Source of the DNA: Ginglymostoma cirratum
Lineage: Eukaryota
Assembly (NCBI GenBank): GCA_024137785.1
Contig: JAHRHZ010000144.1
Location: 19,216,317-19,280,316 of the forward strand
Length of the DNA: 64,000 bases
Direction: 5' to 3'
Shown piece after piece: positions 25,722 through 36,550 of the stretch. The translations under genes were made by a program, and so were the position numbers. The notes under the pieces were generated by a model. That model was given only the letters and a program-made list of their open reading frames with translations, made no database searches and had not been told where the DNA came from. Numbering within the stretch: the first letter of the stretch is position 1; each line of letters starts with the position of its first letter.

Positions 25722-27770
25722 AAACGTATAAGCAGATGTAATTTTTGCTTTTGAAGTCTGCTCCATCGATTGATAAATCCTGATTGTGGTAGTAACTGCA
25801 CTTTCTTGTCTGTCTCTCATAATTCTCAACTCCTCGTCAATCAAAAATTCATCGAACTTAGGCTCTGAACATATTCAAAGACCTCTCTTCGGTGCAGAGA
25901 ATTTCACAGATCAATGATCCTCAGAATAAAATTCTTCTCAACTCAGTCTGAAATTTTCAAACAGTGAACTCCCGGCACCACAGCCACCCATAAGGTGTAC
26001 TGCTACACTGTCAAGTCCCCTCAGGATCTTGTACGCTTCAAAAATATTACTTCTTCCTTTTCTAAATATCAATGGATTTAATTCAAATGTGCTGAACTTT
26101 TCCCCGTAAAATAACCTGTCATCCTTGAAAACGCTCCAGGCAACATTCTCTGAACTGGTCCTAATAGATGAATGACCTTAAGAGGCCAATACTGCACACA
26201 GTTCTTCAGATTCAGTCTCATCAAGGCCCAACAGCAATTAACACTCCCTTTTTGTTTTTAAATATTCCCTAAACAAAAAACTACATTCCATTTCTTTTCC
26301 TAATCACTTGCTGTATTTGTACACTGAAAGCTGCAATTCATGTACCAGAACATCCAGATCCCTCTGTACAGAATGGTTTTGCTCTTCTCATCCATTCAAT
26401 TAACACTGTTCTATTCTTCCTGCCAAACTGGACAATTTCACATTTCACACATTATACTCTGCCAAATTCTCAAGTATTCACAACATTTTTTCCTTCGTTG
26501 ACTCTTCATGCCTATTCACAACTTATTTTCCTATCTTTGTGTTAGCAACAAATTTAGCTACCACATTTGCCCTTTCATCCAATATATTGTTACAATTGTA
26601 AATAGTTGAGGCCCCAAACATAGACCCTGTAATGCATCTACATGTAGTGACCTACTACGTGGCACTCCATAGAATACCTTCTGAAAATTTTAGGTTCCCT
26701 TATCCAATGTGCTTATTACTTCAAGATAACTAATAAATTAGTCAAGGTTGATCTCCCTTTCATAAAACTATGTTGATGTTGCCTGATCCCATTTTCTTCT
26801 AAATGTCCTGTTATTTCCATAATAAAATTTCCCAGCAGTTTCTCTCTTACAGATGATAGGCTAACTGGCCTATAGGTTCCAGCTTCCCGCATCCCACCTT
26901 TCCCAAAAAGAAGTGCTGCATTAGTGATTTTCCAATCCACTGAGACCAGAAGACCATGACCAATGCACCTACCTTCTTCACCACCACTCCGTTTTAAGGC
27001 CCTCTGATGTAACTCACCATGTCCACGTCTTGTAAAAATCTTCCCAATGCGTTTTTCTTAGTGAGTATTTTAAGTACCCTTTCCCTTTTAACGTGTGTAC
27101 ACACTCATACAGTCTGTTCCTGCCACATTCTGGTTATCATTAGGTCTTAGTGCTAGCTTGTTCTACTGCTTTATCGCCTCTCTTTAATTTACCTCATCTC
27201 TCCTCACACGATACCTCACCCCCAAGTATTGTAGTTCATTGACCTCCCTGCCAATTCAGGTGAAGACTGTCCTAATAGTTCAGCTTTCACTTTCTCCAGT
27301 GCTGGTGCAAATGCCCCATGAAATAGAATGCATTTCTTCCACATGATTCTTTGAGACATACATAAACAATTTTTTTTTTCCCTACGCCAATTTGCTTGTG
27401 GACAGGTAGCAATCAAAAAATTATTACTTCTTATATTCTATTTTCTTAATTTAACCATTAGTTTTGCATAATCTGTGACCAGAGCCCCTTTCCTAGTCCT
27501 CTCTGTATCGTTGGTACACATGTGGGATACCAATGACAAAAGGATCCTTTCCATCACACGACAAGCTCTTTGCCAGTCCCAAGCAAGTGTCTCCAACGTT
27601 AGCTGCAGGAGGGCAACACAGCCTCCGAACTCTCATCACAACTGCAAAGCACTGTGTCTGTCCCCTGACCAAACAGTCCGCTACATGTGCATTTACTGCC
27701 CTCACTTGAATGGCTCCCTGCACCATGGTCTCTTCATCCATTCTGCTGCCTGTGGGATTATCACAAAGCA
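25722..27770 (-). mobile_element. CR1 LINE relic, internally deleted
   Basis: DWKITNAALLFGKGG..YRPVSLSSVREKLL..QHSFMKGRSTLTNL (26716-26940); ORF1 esterase-like VRRLCCPPAANVGD..DPFVIGIPHV (27493-27771). Confidence 0.88.
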
Positions 27771-28471
27771 AAAACTACTGACATTATGTTAACTATGACC
27801 AAATAAGATTTGTGAATTTCAATCTATATTGGATGAATCTATATCCGATTAATATTTACGACAGGGAGATAGCTGTCCAAAGACTGCTTGAAAAGTCTTA
27901 CTAATTCACAATATGGCAGGAGAAAGTGGGCTAAATTGACTTACCGCCCTTGCATAGCCTGATGGATCAGAAGGTGAATATCTGAGTTAGTCAGCACGTG
28001 TTTCGTTCATACATTTTGTGCCAAACAGTAAAGCCAGAAGCAGCCTCAAATATATGAGGCTGTGTTGCCCAGACGTAACATCTTCCTGACAAAGTGTTCC
28101 AACAAAGATTGGTTAAAATCTTGTGGGAGGCCAGACCGGCCCTCTGCTTTTGCTGTCCGACTACTTGTTCACTGCCTGTCAATGAAATAAAATGTTTTGC
28201 CTGCTCTTTACCACTGAGAAAAAAATTGCCCAAAATCTGGCACCAAGGGTCTATCCCCTTCCCCTGCTTTCTTGAATTGGTGGCCGAGTTGACATACAGC
28301 TCAGCTTTAAATTACACATTTAGGTGGTTTGCCAAAAATATTTACATCCATCTTTTTTTCAGCTGCATCACAAAACCCTCAAACATCTCTGACATCAAGG
28401 ATTAGCTTCTTTTAAGTCTCCATTATTTGATTACTCCAGAATTCCACACCCAAAGCTTAGGCTTTTACTGT

Positions 28472-28521
28472 GTCCACTGCATCTATCACCCTCAAGGTCC
28501 ACTGCATCTATCACCCTCAAG
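28472..28521. repeat. Perfect 25-bp tandem duplication
   Basis: GTCCACTGCATCTATCACCCTCAAG at 28472-28496 and 28497-28521. Confidence 0.97.
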
Positions 28522-29374
28522 ATTACTGTCTCCCAGTCTTCCTTCATTAAGTCTTGTGTTTTATGCATTGCCATACCCGCCCCCAATTTTCAAAATCTTC
28601 CTCAGAGTGTATCCCTGCAACCACACATTTTTGATCACCTCCCTGATCTTCTTTTCAAACTCCCACTCAAGTGTTTTGATCTGCCATATTTTTGGTACGA
28701 ACGGTAAACTCAAATCATAAAATTTGCCTGCTGTTGGCAGTTCTATACTTAATGCAGTCATTTTTCCCCTTCCTAAAACATCTTTGACCACAATGATTAC
28801 GGAAAAAAACCAAAAGCTGAATGACTCACGAACTGACGACAAACTGTCAAACATTCGTTCCAAATTAGTAAAATTTACATCATATGGACCAAGCCAAATC
28901 ATGTTTCAAGTCTGCATTTAAGTGGCATGAAATTAGGGCTTAAAACTACCATTGAAACATTCACCTTCCATTTATCTATCCTCTTTACCATCATCCCATC
29001 TGCATTAATGACAATTTCAACCTACATATTTGTTAAAAGAAAGTTAACTAAATGGAATTTAAGTGTGCTAATATAATGTTGAAAGGGTATAATTACATAT
29101 TGTAAATATATTTATTGAGGCTCCTTGGGGAGTGTTCCATGTCGTTGGTTGAATAAGCGATTAGCAGTGAAAGAAACTCCCGGATCCTGATCGGAGGCCT
29201 TTGTATATGAATTGTGAAGTTATAATTAGCACCTATACCCCATACATACTGGTTATGAAGGATTGGATATAATTATCTCAGTTATTTGTTTTATGTAGCC
29301 ACTTACATAACCATTTTATGAATCTTTTCCCCTTTTCAGCAGCGACTGCTTTACACATGTATCTTCAGTGAAAC

Positions 29375-29600
29375 GGAAGGGAAAGTTGCCATTGTCTGGT
29401 AAGGCCTAAAGGGGGAGCTCTCTCATTTAACAGACACAAATGGTTGATGTTTAAGCAAGAGTCATCACACCTCTAGGGGAGGGGAGAGGTTCAGAAGGAG
29501 CATCTTTCCTGGTGACTTCAGCCAGTGCAGGAATTGAACCTAAGCTCTTGGCATCACTCTGCATTGCAAACCAACCATCCAGCCAACTGAGCTAAACCAA
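29375..29600 (-). mobile_element. tRNA-derived SINE (third family, unlike HE1 and SacSINE1)
   Basis: Minus strand GGTTTAGCTCAGTTGGCTGG (A box) ... GGTTCAATTCCTGCAC (B box), followed by a non-tRNA body; no complete cloverleaf. Confidence 0.8.
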
Positions 29601-30379
29601 CGCCCCTTCAGCACAAAATGCTACAGAACTGCCCCAAACACAAATTAAGACTGAAAGATTTCTATCCACATTATAAATATTTCCTCCTCAGCTTAAAAAC
29701 AAAATCTCGAACCTTCCAACAGAAAGCGTTATACTGCGTACATTGTTCATTCATGAACGCCTTCAATGTTAACAAAAATTCATCAGCTGTGAAGTTCTCT
29801 CTCTCAAACTGTTTTTGAAGTAATCACCATGGCTACAGAAATACTTACAAGTTAACCATGAAATGACGAAACCAAAAATCCAACTCAAAAATAAACTATA
29901 TTAAAGTATCTATAAATTACACACCTTATATCATACTTTATTAACAAAGGGTAATACCAGAATGTTAATGTTTTCATTTTCCAACTTCTGTTAGATGTAA
30001 AGGATGAATGCGTAAATTTATAAATGCAACAGCTTATATAAAGCCAACATTTCTGGTGCACAACAACGGATCACTATATGGCAAGATGCTACGCTGATTA
30101 CTTTTAATTCCAACAATTCAGCAGCATTTTGAAACATCTTATGTTGGGCCAAGATCAGTCAAAATACCTTTCCTGGTTAGTAAAAGCTGCCTCAGTGGCA
30201 TTGTTCTTGGTATGTCGACTTCACTCCCCTTAGGGAGCTCCAGTTCGGTAAATCACCAAGCAACCTTTTAAGTATAGCTTAAAAGATAGCTTTTTAAGTA
30301 TCTACAAATAAAAACATAGCCATATTCATACTCCTCATAGCACAGGATGGCAACAAAAGATAAAACCTGGTTTCTAAAA

Positions 30380-31140
30380 ACACAGATAGAAAATACATGA
30401 GAGCCATCTAGCAAGAAATATATATAAACAGGCAGTAATAGTTTCTAGAAGTATGAAAGGAAGGGGTTAGCTGAAGTAAATTTTGGTTCCTTAGAAGATG
30501 AGACTGGGATTTAATAACAGGAAGTAAGGAAAGCAGAGAGCTTTGTCAAACATTTTCTGTCTGCAATGTAAAAGACAAAATATTCCAACAATAGGGGAGG
30601 GAACTTTAAACAATCACAAAAGCAGTAAGCGAATTAGTGAGGCCAGCAAGTGACAAGTCCTGTTTGTCTGTACTTAAGGGTCTTAGAGGTAGAAAAATCT
30701 ATTGTGTTACATTTTCAGACTTCCAACACCACGTTCAAGTGAGAAAGATGAAAAGCATAAAAGACCAGTTAGCCTAACATCTGCCATTGACAAATTGCTG
30801 CAGTTCACTTTTGAGGAAATGATTGCATATTTAGAAAAAAAAATAACAACATGCAGAAGTACAATGGTTTCATGAAAGAAAAATTATACTTGACAAAGTT
30901 ATTTGAAGACAGAATGAGCAGAGAAATAAAGAGGAACCAGTACACTATTTGTTTTCCAAAAGGCATTTGATAAGGTGCAAGGTAACAGCTCATGTTGCTG
31001 ACAGTAATATATTAGCATGGAGAAACGATTGTCTGCTCTAAGTTAGCCAATCTGCACCACTGGATCATTTTAAGGTTGGCAATTTGCAACTAGTTGACTG
31101 CCAAAAGGATGAGTGCTAGTGCTTCAGTTATGTACAAATC
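30380..31140 (+). mobile_element. Decayed CR1 LINE fragment (RT region)
   Basis: AGACCAGTTAGCCTAACATCTG (RPVSLTS), GGTTTCATGAAA (GFMK), TTCCAAAAGGCATTTGATAAGGTG (FQKAFDKV). Confidence 0.8.
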
Positions 31141-31262
31141 AGTTGTGAAGAAGGGCCAGCAGTTGGAAACATTAACTCCTTATCTCCACGGATGCTGCCT
31201 GACATGCTGAGTATTTTCTGTTTGTATTTCAGATTTATAGCACCAGCAGCATTTTACTTTTG
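31141..31262 (+). mobile_element. Penelope-like pseudo-LTR end with decayed hammerhead motif
   Basis: AGTT-GTGAAGA-AGGG...GAAACATT-AACT...GATGCTGCCTGAC; same layout as 57732-57865. Confidence 0.7.
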
Positions 31263-31693
31263 TATGAGGCCAGTTTATGAGACTGGTTTCTTGCTACTGA
31301 ACCTTTGTTAGTCACTAAGGAAGGTTGATGTAAGCTGTGAGATGAAACAAGCCCAAGTAATGACTCAGCAATATGGCAACATCATAGCAGTCTGCTCAAG
31401 TGAAGTGCAACAGTGCATGGAGTTGGAGGAGCTCAGCAGGCCAGGCAGCATCAGAGGAGCAGGAAACTTGACATTTCAGGTCAGGACACTTCTTCAGAAA
31501 TTGGCACGGGGCGGGGCCGCCCCGGCGGGGGGGCGGGGGGCAGGGAAGGGAACTGGGAAATAAATAGAGAGAGGAGGGCTGGGGTTTGGGAAGGTAAGTG
31601 GCAAAGGTGAATTCAGGTATGGAGTGGTGGAGATTGGTCAGTGGGATGGGTGGGGTGGATAGGTGGAAGAGAAGATGGACAAGTTGGGTCAGG

Positions 31694-32450
31694 TCAAGGA
31701 GGTCGGGGTGACAGGGAGGGTTGGACATAAGATGAGGCAGGGGGTGGGGAGATTTTAAAACTGATGAATTCTATGTTTAGGCCATCGGACTGTAGGCTCC
31801 TGAGGCGGATCATGGGGTGTTGCTTCTCCAATTTGCACATGGTGCTGTTGTGGCACTGGAGGCGGCCCAGGATGGACATGACATCCAGGAAGTGGGAGGG
31901 GGAGTTAAAATAGTTGGCAATCAGAAGGAGTTGTCGTTTGTCACGTACAGAGCGCAGATGCTCTACGAAACAGTCTCAGAGTCTACGCTTGGTCTCACCA
32001 GTGTAGAGGAGGCCACATCGGGAGCAACAGATACTGTAGTTGGCAGATGTACAGGTGAACCCCTGTCTGATATGTAAGGTTTGCTTTGGGCCTTGAATAG
32101 AGGTGAGGGGGTGGGGAAGTGGGGAGGTGTAGGGGCAGTTGTAGCACTTCCTGTGATTGCAGGAAAAGGTGTCTGGTGTAGTGGGGTTAGTGGGGAGTGT
32201 GGAGCAGATGGTCCCTACGAAAGGCAGATAGGGGTGGGGAGGAAAATATCTCTCTGGTTATGGGGTCGGATTGTAGGTGGCGGAGAACGATACACTGGAT
32301 GCGGCGTTGGTCGGATAATGTGAGGGGACCAGGGGATTCAGTCTTTATTTTTGTTGGGTGAGGGAGTTTGAGGGAAGTAGTGCAGAAAATGCAAGAGATG
32401 CGGTTGATGGCATTTCTGATCACTGGAGGGGGGAAATTGCAGTCCAGTTT
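31694..32450 (-). pseudogene. Disrupted Penelope ORF C-terminus (linker + GIY-YIG endonuclease)
   Basis: CxxC and YTGET (YIGET) motifs; in-frame stop and frameshifts. Confidence 0.85.
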
Positions 32451-32685
32451 TAAAATCTTCCCACCCCCAGCCTCATCCCATGTCTGACCCTGCCTCTCAT
32501 CCCTGCCCTCATCCCATGACCAACCCTCCCTCTCATCCTCATCTCCTTGACCCGACACAACCTGTCCATTTTCTCTCCTGCCTATCCACCTCACCCATCC
32601 CACTGACCAATCTGCACTACTCTGAGATAACAAGGTGTAGAGCTGGATGAGCACAGCAGGCCAAGCAGCATCAGAGGAGCAGGAA

Positions 32686-32720
32686 AGCTAACGTTTCGGG
32701 TCTAGACCCTTCTTCAGAAA
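32686..32720 (-). ncRNA. Minimal type I hammerhead ribozyme motif, intact core
   Basis: Minus strand UUU-CUGAAGA-A-GGGU(CUAG)ACCC-GAAA-CGUU-AGC: conserved boxes, helix II, palindromic ACGU instead of helix III; helix I only ~2 bp. Confidence 0.7.
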
Positions 32721-33229
32721 AGAGGAAGATGGGTGTAGACCCGAAACGTCGGCTTTCCTGCTCCTCTGGTGCTGCCTGGCCTGTGTGTTCCTCCAGCCCC
32801 ATACTGTTTTACACTTTGTTATCTGACTCCAGCATCTGCAGTTCTTCCTATCTCTGAGCACATAATTTCCTTCCAAGATTTGAGCATGAAGCCACAGAAA
32901 GTGCTAATTGTTCCACAAATAGAACACTTTGTGATCACATTTGTCTTGATCGAATTATTTCAATGGTTGTTCATGGATAAACGCAAATAAGTATTCATAT
33001 ATTTTTAATACACAATAGCGACTTGCTTTTTTAGTTCAGCAGTTTTCTCCGTGTAAACTACTCTGCTCTGTCTGGTCTCCAATTAACCCAGTGAACTGTT
33101 CAGTGACAGATTCACATTATAACCTCCAGGCAAATAAGAAAGTGCAATAAACTGTCCATGCAGAATCTCAGTTCCTGGAAAATGCTCTGCTATTTTGACC
33201 TTCAGTACAAACAATATGTGGATGCACAA

Positions 33230-33660
33230 AAACCAACTTACAGTAAAATGTGAAACGGAGACAATACTGAACTCAGAACATCGGGTACATGAGGAATGCT
33301 CGTCAGACTGAAGTTAGGTGAAGACGGATGTCAGGTTCAGTGAATGGAATCAGGTCAGGGGCTGTTTTTCAGGGGTCTGGGAAAGTAAGAGGTTCAGCAA
33401 GATGTGGTTAGGGGTTTCAGTGCCAAGTCAGTTTAACAGTTACTGAAGAGGATCAGAGCTTTTAATAAATCCTCTTATTTTTCCCTGCACAACTCAATCA
33501 GAAACCTCCAAACTCATCAACTTTAACAGCCTTTAAGCATTCCAAATGCAGGGAATTGCCTCTGAGAAATTTCAACCTCCTAGACAATTCTTATGGAGAT
33601 TTGGCAAAGTTCCAGCATGCTACACTGTTTGCATGGACCTCTGGCCATCAGAATATCTGA
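33230..33660 (+). repeat. Unclassified repeat family A copy
   Basis: G-rich tract, then GGGAATTGCC (33551-33560)...TTCAACCTCCTAGACAATTC. Confidence 0.5.
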
Positions 33661-36102
33661 GCCAATGACTCATAAAAGACTCAACGCAACTACCAATGAG
33701 TCATATCTCCCTAAAATTGACAACAGCAACGACAAACTTCAACACCCAATACGTCTGAATGGCAATGATTCAGATTCCCAGGGAATGTCTCAATCAAACT
33801 CTTATAACCATACAATAAAGATGATAGAAGCCACATTAGGATTGATCTGTTTTGCTGCCCTTAAAATAAGCTGTCTGAAGCCACTGCATTCATTAGCCAC
33901 CTTCGAAATGAGAATCCAGTGAGTATTTATATATCTTAAGCTTAAACTGCAAAAGTACAATTTCCTCAAGGTTATTTTTTTCTTATTCTATAAGTTCATT
34001 TTGCATTTTTGTTTCAATACTGGAGGTCAGGTTTTCACCGGAAAGACTTTGCAAGCCTTGGAAAAAAATGGCATGTCTGATACAGGGCACTAGACCTTTC
34101 TATCCCAAGATCTAATTTTCGTTAACAAGGGAAAAGGGAAAGGATGTAATTCACAGAGGAAAATCAAGCTCAGCAGGGCCATTTGAATTTAGTGCTGATT
34201 TTAAACAAATTACATTGTAGCAGTTGCAACAGCCTTAGACCACAGTGTACGGTCGACATTAACAATCTTAAACACCTGATGGCCTTTGTATAACTGTCAG
34301 GATCTGAAAGTTCTTTTCATTATCAGCTCTAAGTGTTTAAAAAAAAAAACAAGCTGCAGCTGTCAATTAAGGTGTAACCTAAAACCTCTTCTGGAATAGT
34401 TTGATTTAGTCATAGGTCAGAAACCAAAAGTGGTACCTGGTTAACAGTTTCAAAAGCATTCTATGTTGGCACACTATAAGGACTATCATGAAGTCATTAT
34501 GAACACTTGGCTGAGTATCAATTAAAAAAACTACTTCTAATCATTCAGATATTCAAATTATCTCAGCAACCAGTTTTGATTTTAATCCGATTGACAGCTT
34601 AAAGAGGCTATTAGAAACCGCTGATGTAATTTCTGAATGAAAGTTCATTTTTATAAGAGATTACTCACTTTACGAGTGTCAGAATTTTTGAATGGGTTTT
34701 ATAAATGAGATTTTTTGGAGAGGTGCACTGGAGTAACATTGGATGATGTAAAGTCAATTGTTTTCCCCAACTCCACATGATTCCTAAGGTCTGCCCTTGA
34801 ATAAGGGGTGGATTGAAGGGTCTGAGAAGCCGGGGTGGGAAAAGGGTGTATGACTTGCAATTAAGTTCACACAGAGGTACCAGAGTACCATTTTTATGAT
34901 ATGGAGGTGCTGAGGGACACGAAAGGCAAGAGGGAGCAAATATGACAATTTCTAAAACAACTAGAACAATGTCCCAGAGGACTAAGACAGGGTTCTAACC
35001 AGCATACGCTCCTCCCTGTGGTTACCTACTTCTGCTTCCAGGGATGGCATGCCTGACTCTATCTTGCACCGTTCCAATCTCACCCATCTCAGAAATGAAA
35101 ATCACATGTGTCAGGGTGCTTTTTAAAATGCAGGCAGGTCTAGCAGGTCTGGAAATTTCCCAACATGAGCTACTGACTCACTAGCCAAATTCTGGCACTA
35201 AGTAATAATTGTCATTACCTATTTGATTCATGGAAGCAAAAGAGTGGATGAATTGTGTGCTGGCTGGTGGACTCCATCAGGAATCGAATTAACTTGGCTC
35301 CAGGAAACAGGACTCCTAATTGAGTCAATGCTTCTACACAAACACAGCAAATCTGATACAAATGATTAGGTAGTCATGAGGTGTTGCATAAATTGACTTT
35401 TGGCCTACAGTTAACATTGCTTGAACGGACTAGACCTTGTTTGGGTATATTTTAGAAGGAGAAAAACCTCCTCACTTAACTGACTTCAGTTCACAGTCAC
35501 CTCTTGCTGCAGAGAACTGTCTCTCCAATTCAACTGGAACTAATGTCTTAGGATATTCGGTTACATATTCATTGCAGCACTTTGATTGCCTTTAAGTAGG
35601 CCAACTTGCTATTCTTTTCTTGCATTATTTACAAATGCTAACAATTAATGGTATGATTAAAAAGTAAAAGTACTGAAACAGAAATTAGTTTTTAGCTTTT
35701 AAAGCTTTAAGCGACCATTTATTGCAATAAATAAGGAAGGTGGGACAAGTAAAGAAACCAACCATTTATCAGTGTCAAAAGAGGGCAGCAGGCTTTGGGT
35801 CTACAAACTAAAATGTAACAATACTCAATGCATTGCTGTTATAGAAACAATTCTTCTACAAAAAACCATTCTTCTATTGATGTAACTCAAGATGAATACA
35901 ATATACTAGCATAGAGATTGACTAAAATATACACACGTTTCTGAGCCGCATCTCTGACAGAATTCAATTATTCAAATTTCAAACAACTTGTTCTCTGCAC
36001 AGCAAATGCAATCAGCAAAGTTTTTTCTCCCGATTTCATCTTCAAAATTCCAGCATTTGCAACAGTTTACTTTTTACTTTGCAAACAAGGTCCACCTTTT
36101 GT

Positions 36103-36550
36103 CAGAGATAGGAGGAACTGCAGATGCTGGAGACAGATATAACAGTATAGAGCTGGAGGTACACAGCAGGCCAGGCAGCATATGAGGAACAGGAAAGTTG
36201 ACGTTTCGAGTCGGGACCCTTCCTCAGAAATGGGCTGCTTCAGTATGTGGTCGAAGAGTTTCAGGGCAGAGGAGATTACCAGAGGGTTGCAGTGGGGACA
36301 GATCCACTGAGGTCTTTCTGGAGGGAGAAGGACAACTTCTTCAAGATGGCCATCCTTGGAAAAGGCTTCACAGTGGGGTTATAAATCACTCAGATAGTAA
36401 GAACTGCAGATGCTGGAGTCAGAGACAACACAGTATTACAGCTGAAGGAATACAGCAGGCCAGGCAGCAGAGGAACAGGAAAGTTGACGTTTTGGGTTGG
36501 GGTCCTGCCTGGCCTGCTATGTCGCTCCAGCTCAATACTGCATTGCCACT
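36103..36550 (-). mobile_element. Penelope-like tandem pseudo-LTR relic with terminal inversion
   Basis: 36103-36232 and 36390-36503 are direct repeats (GAACTGCAGATGCTGGAG...GGAAAGTTGACGTTT); 36505-36540 is an inverted copy of 36431-36467. Confidence 0.85.
36197..36230 (-). ncRNA. Minimal type I hammerhead ribozyme motif, intact core, GUC site
   Basis: Minus strand UUU-CUGAGGA-A-GGGU(CCCG)ACUC-GAAA-CGUC-AAC. Confidence 0.7.

Larger units (their letters stand above)
31408..32860 (-). mobile_element. Penelope-like element: 5'-truncated body with GIY-YIG endonuclease, flanked by inverted pseudo-LTRs
   Basis: Minus-strand HIRQGFTCTSANYSICCSRCGLLYTGETKRRL*DCFVEHLRSV (~31940-32075), MSILGRLQCHN..KLEKQH..GLNIEF (31694-31879), linker RIQCIVLRHLQSDPITREIFSSPPLSAFRR; 31630-31762 is repeated inverted at 32445-32613. 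Confidence 0.92.

Noticed and set aside
29525-29600. tRNA gene
   Set aside because: A and B boxes are present but there is no full cloverleaf and it runs into a SINE body; the same holds for the HE1 and SacSINE heads.
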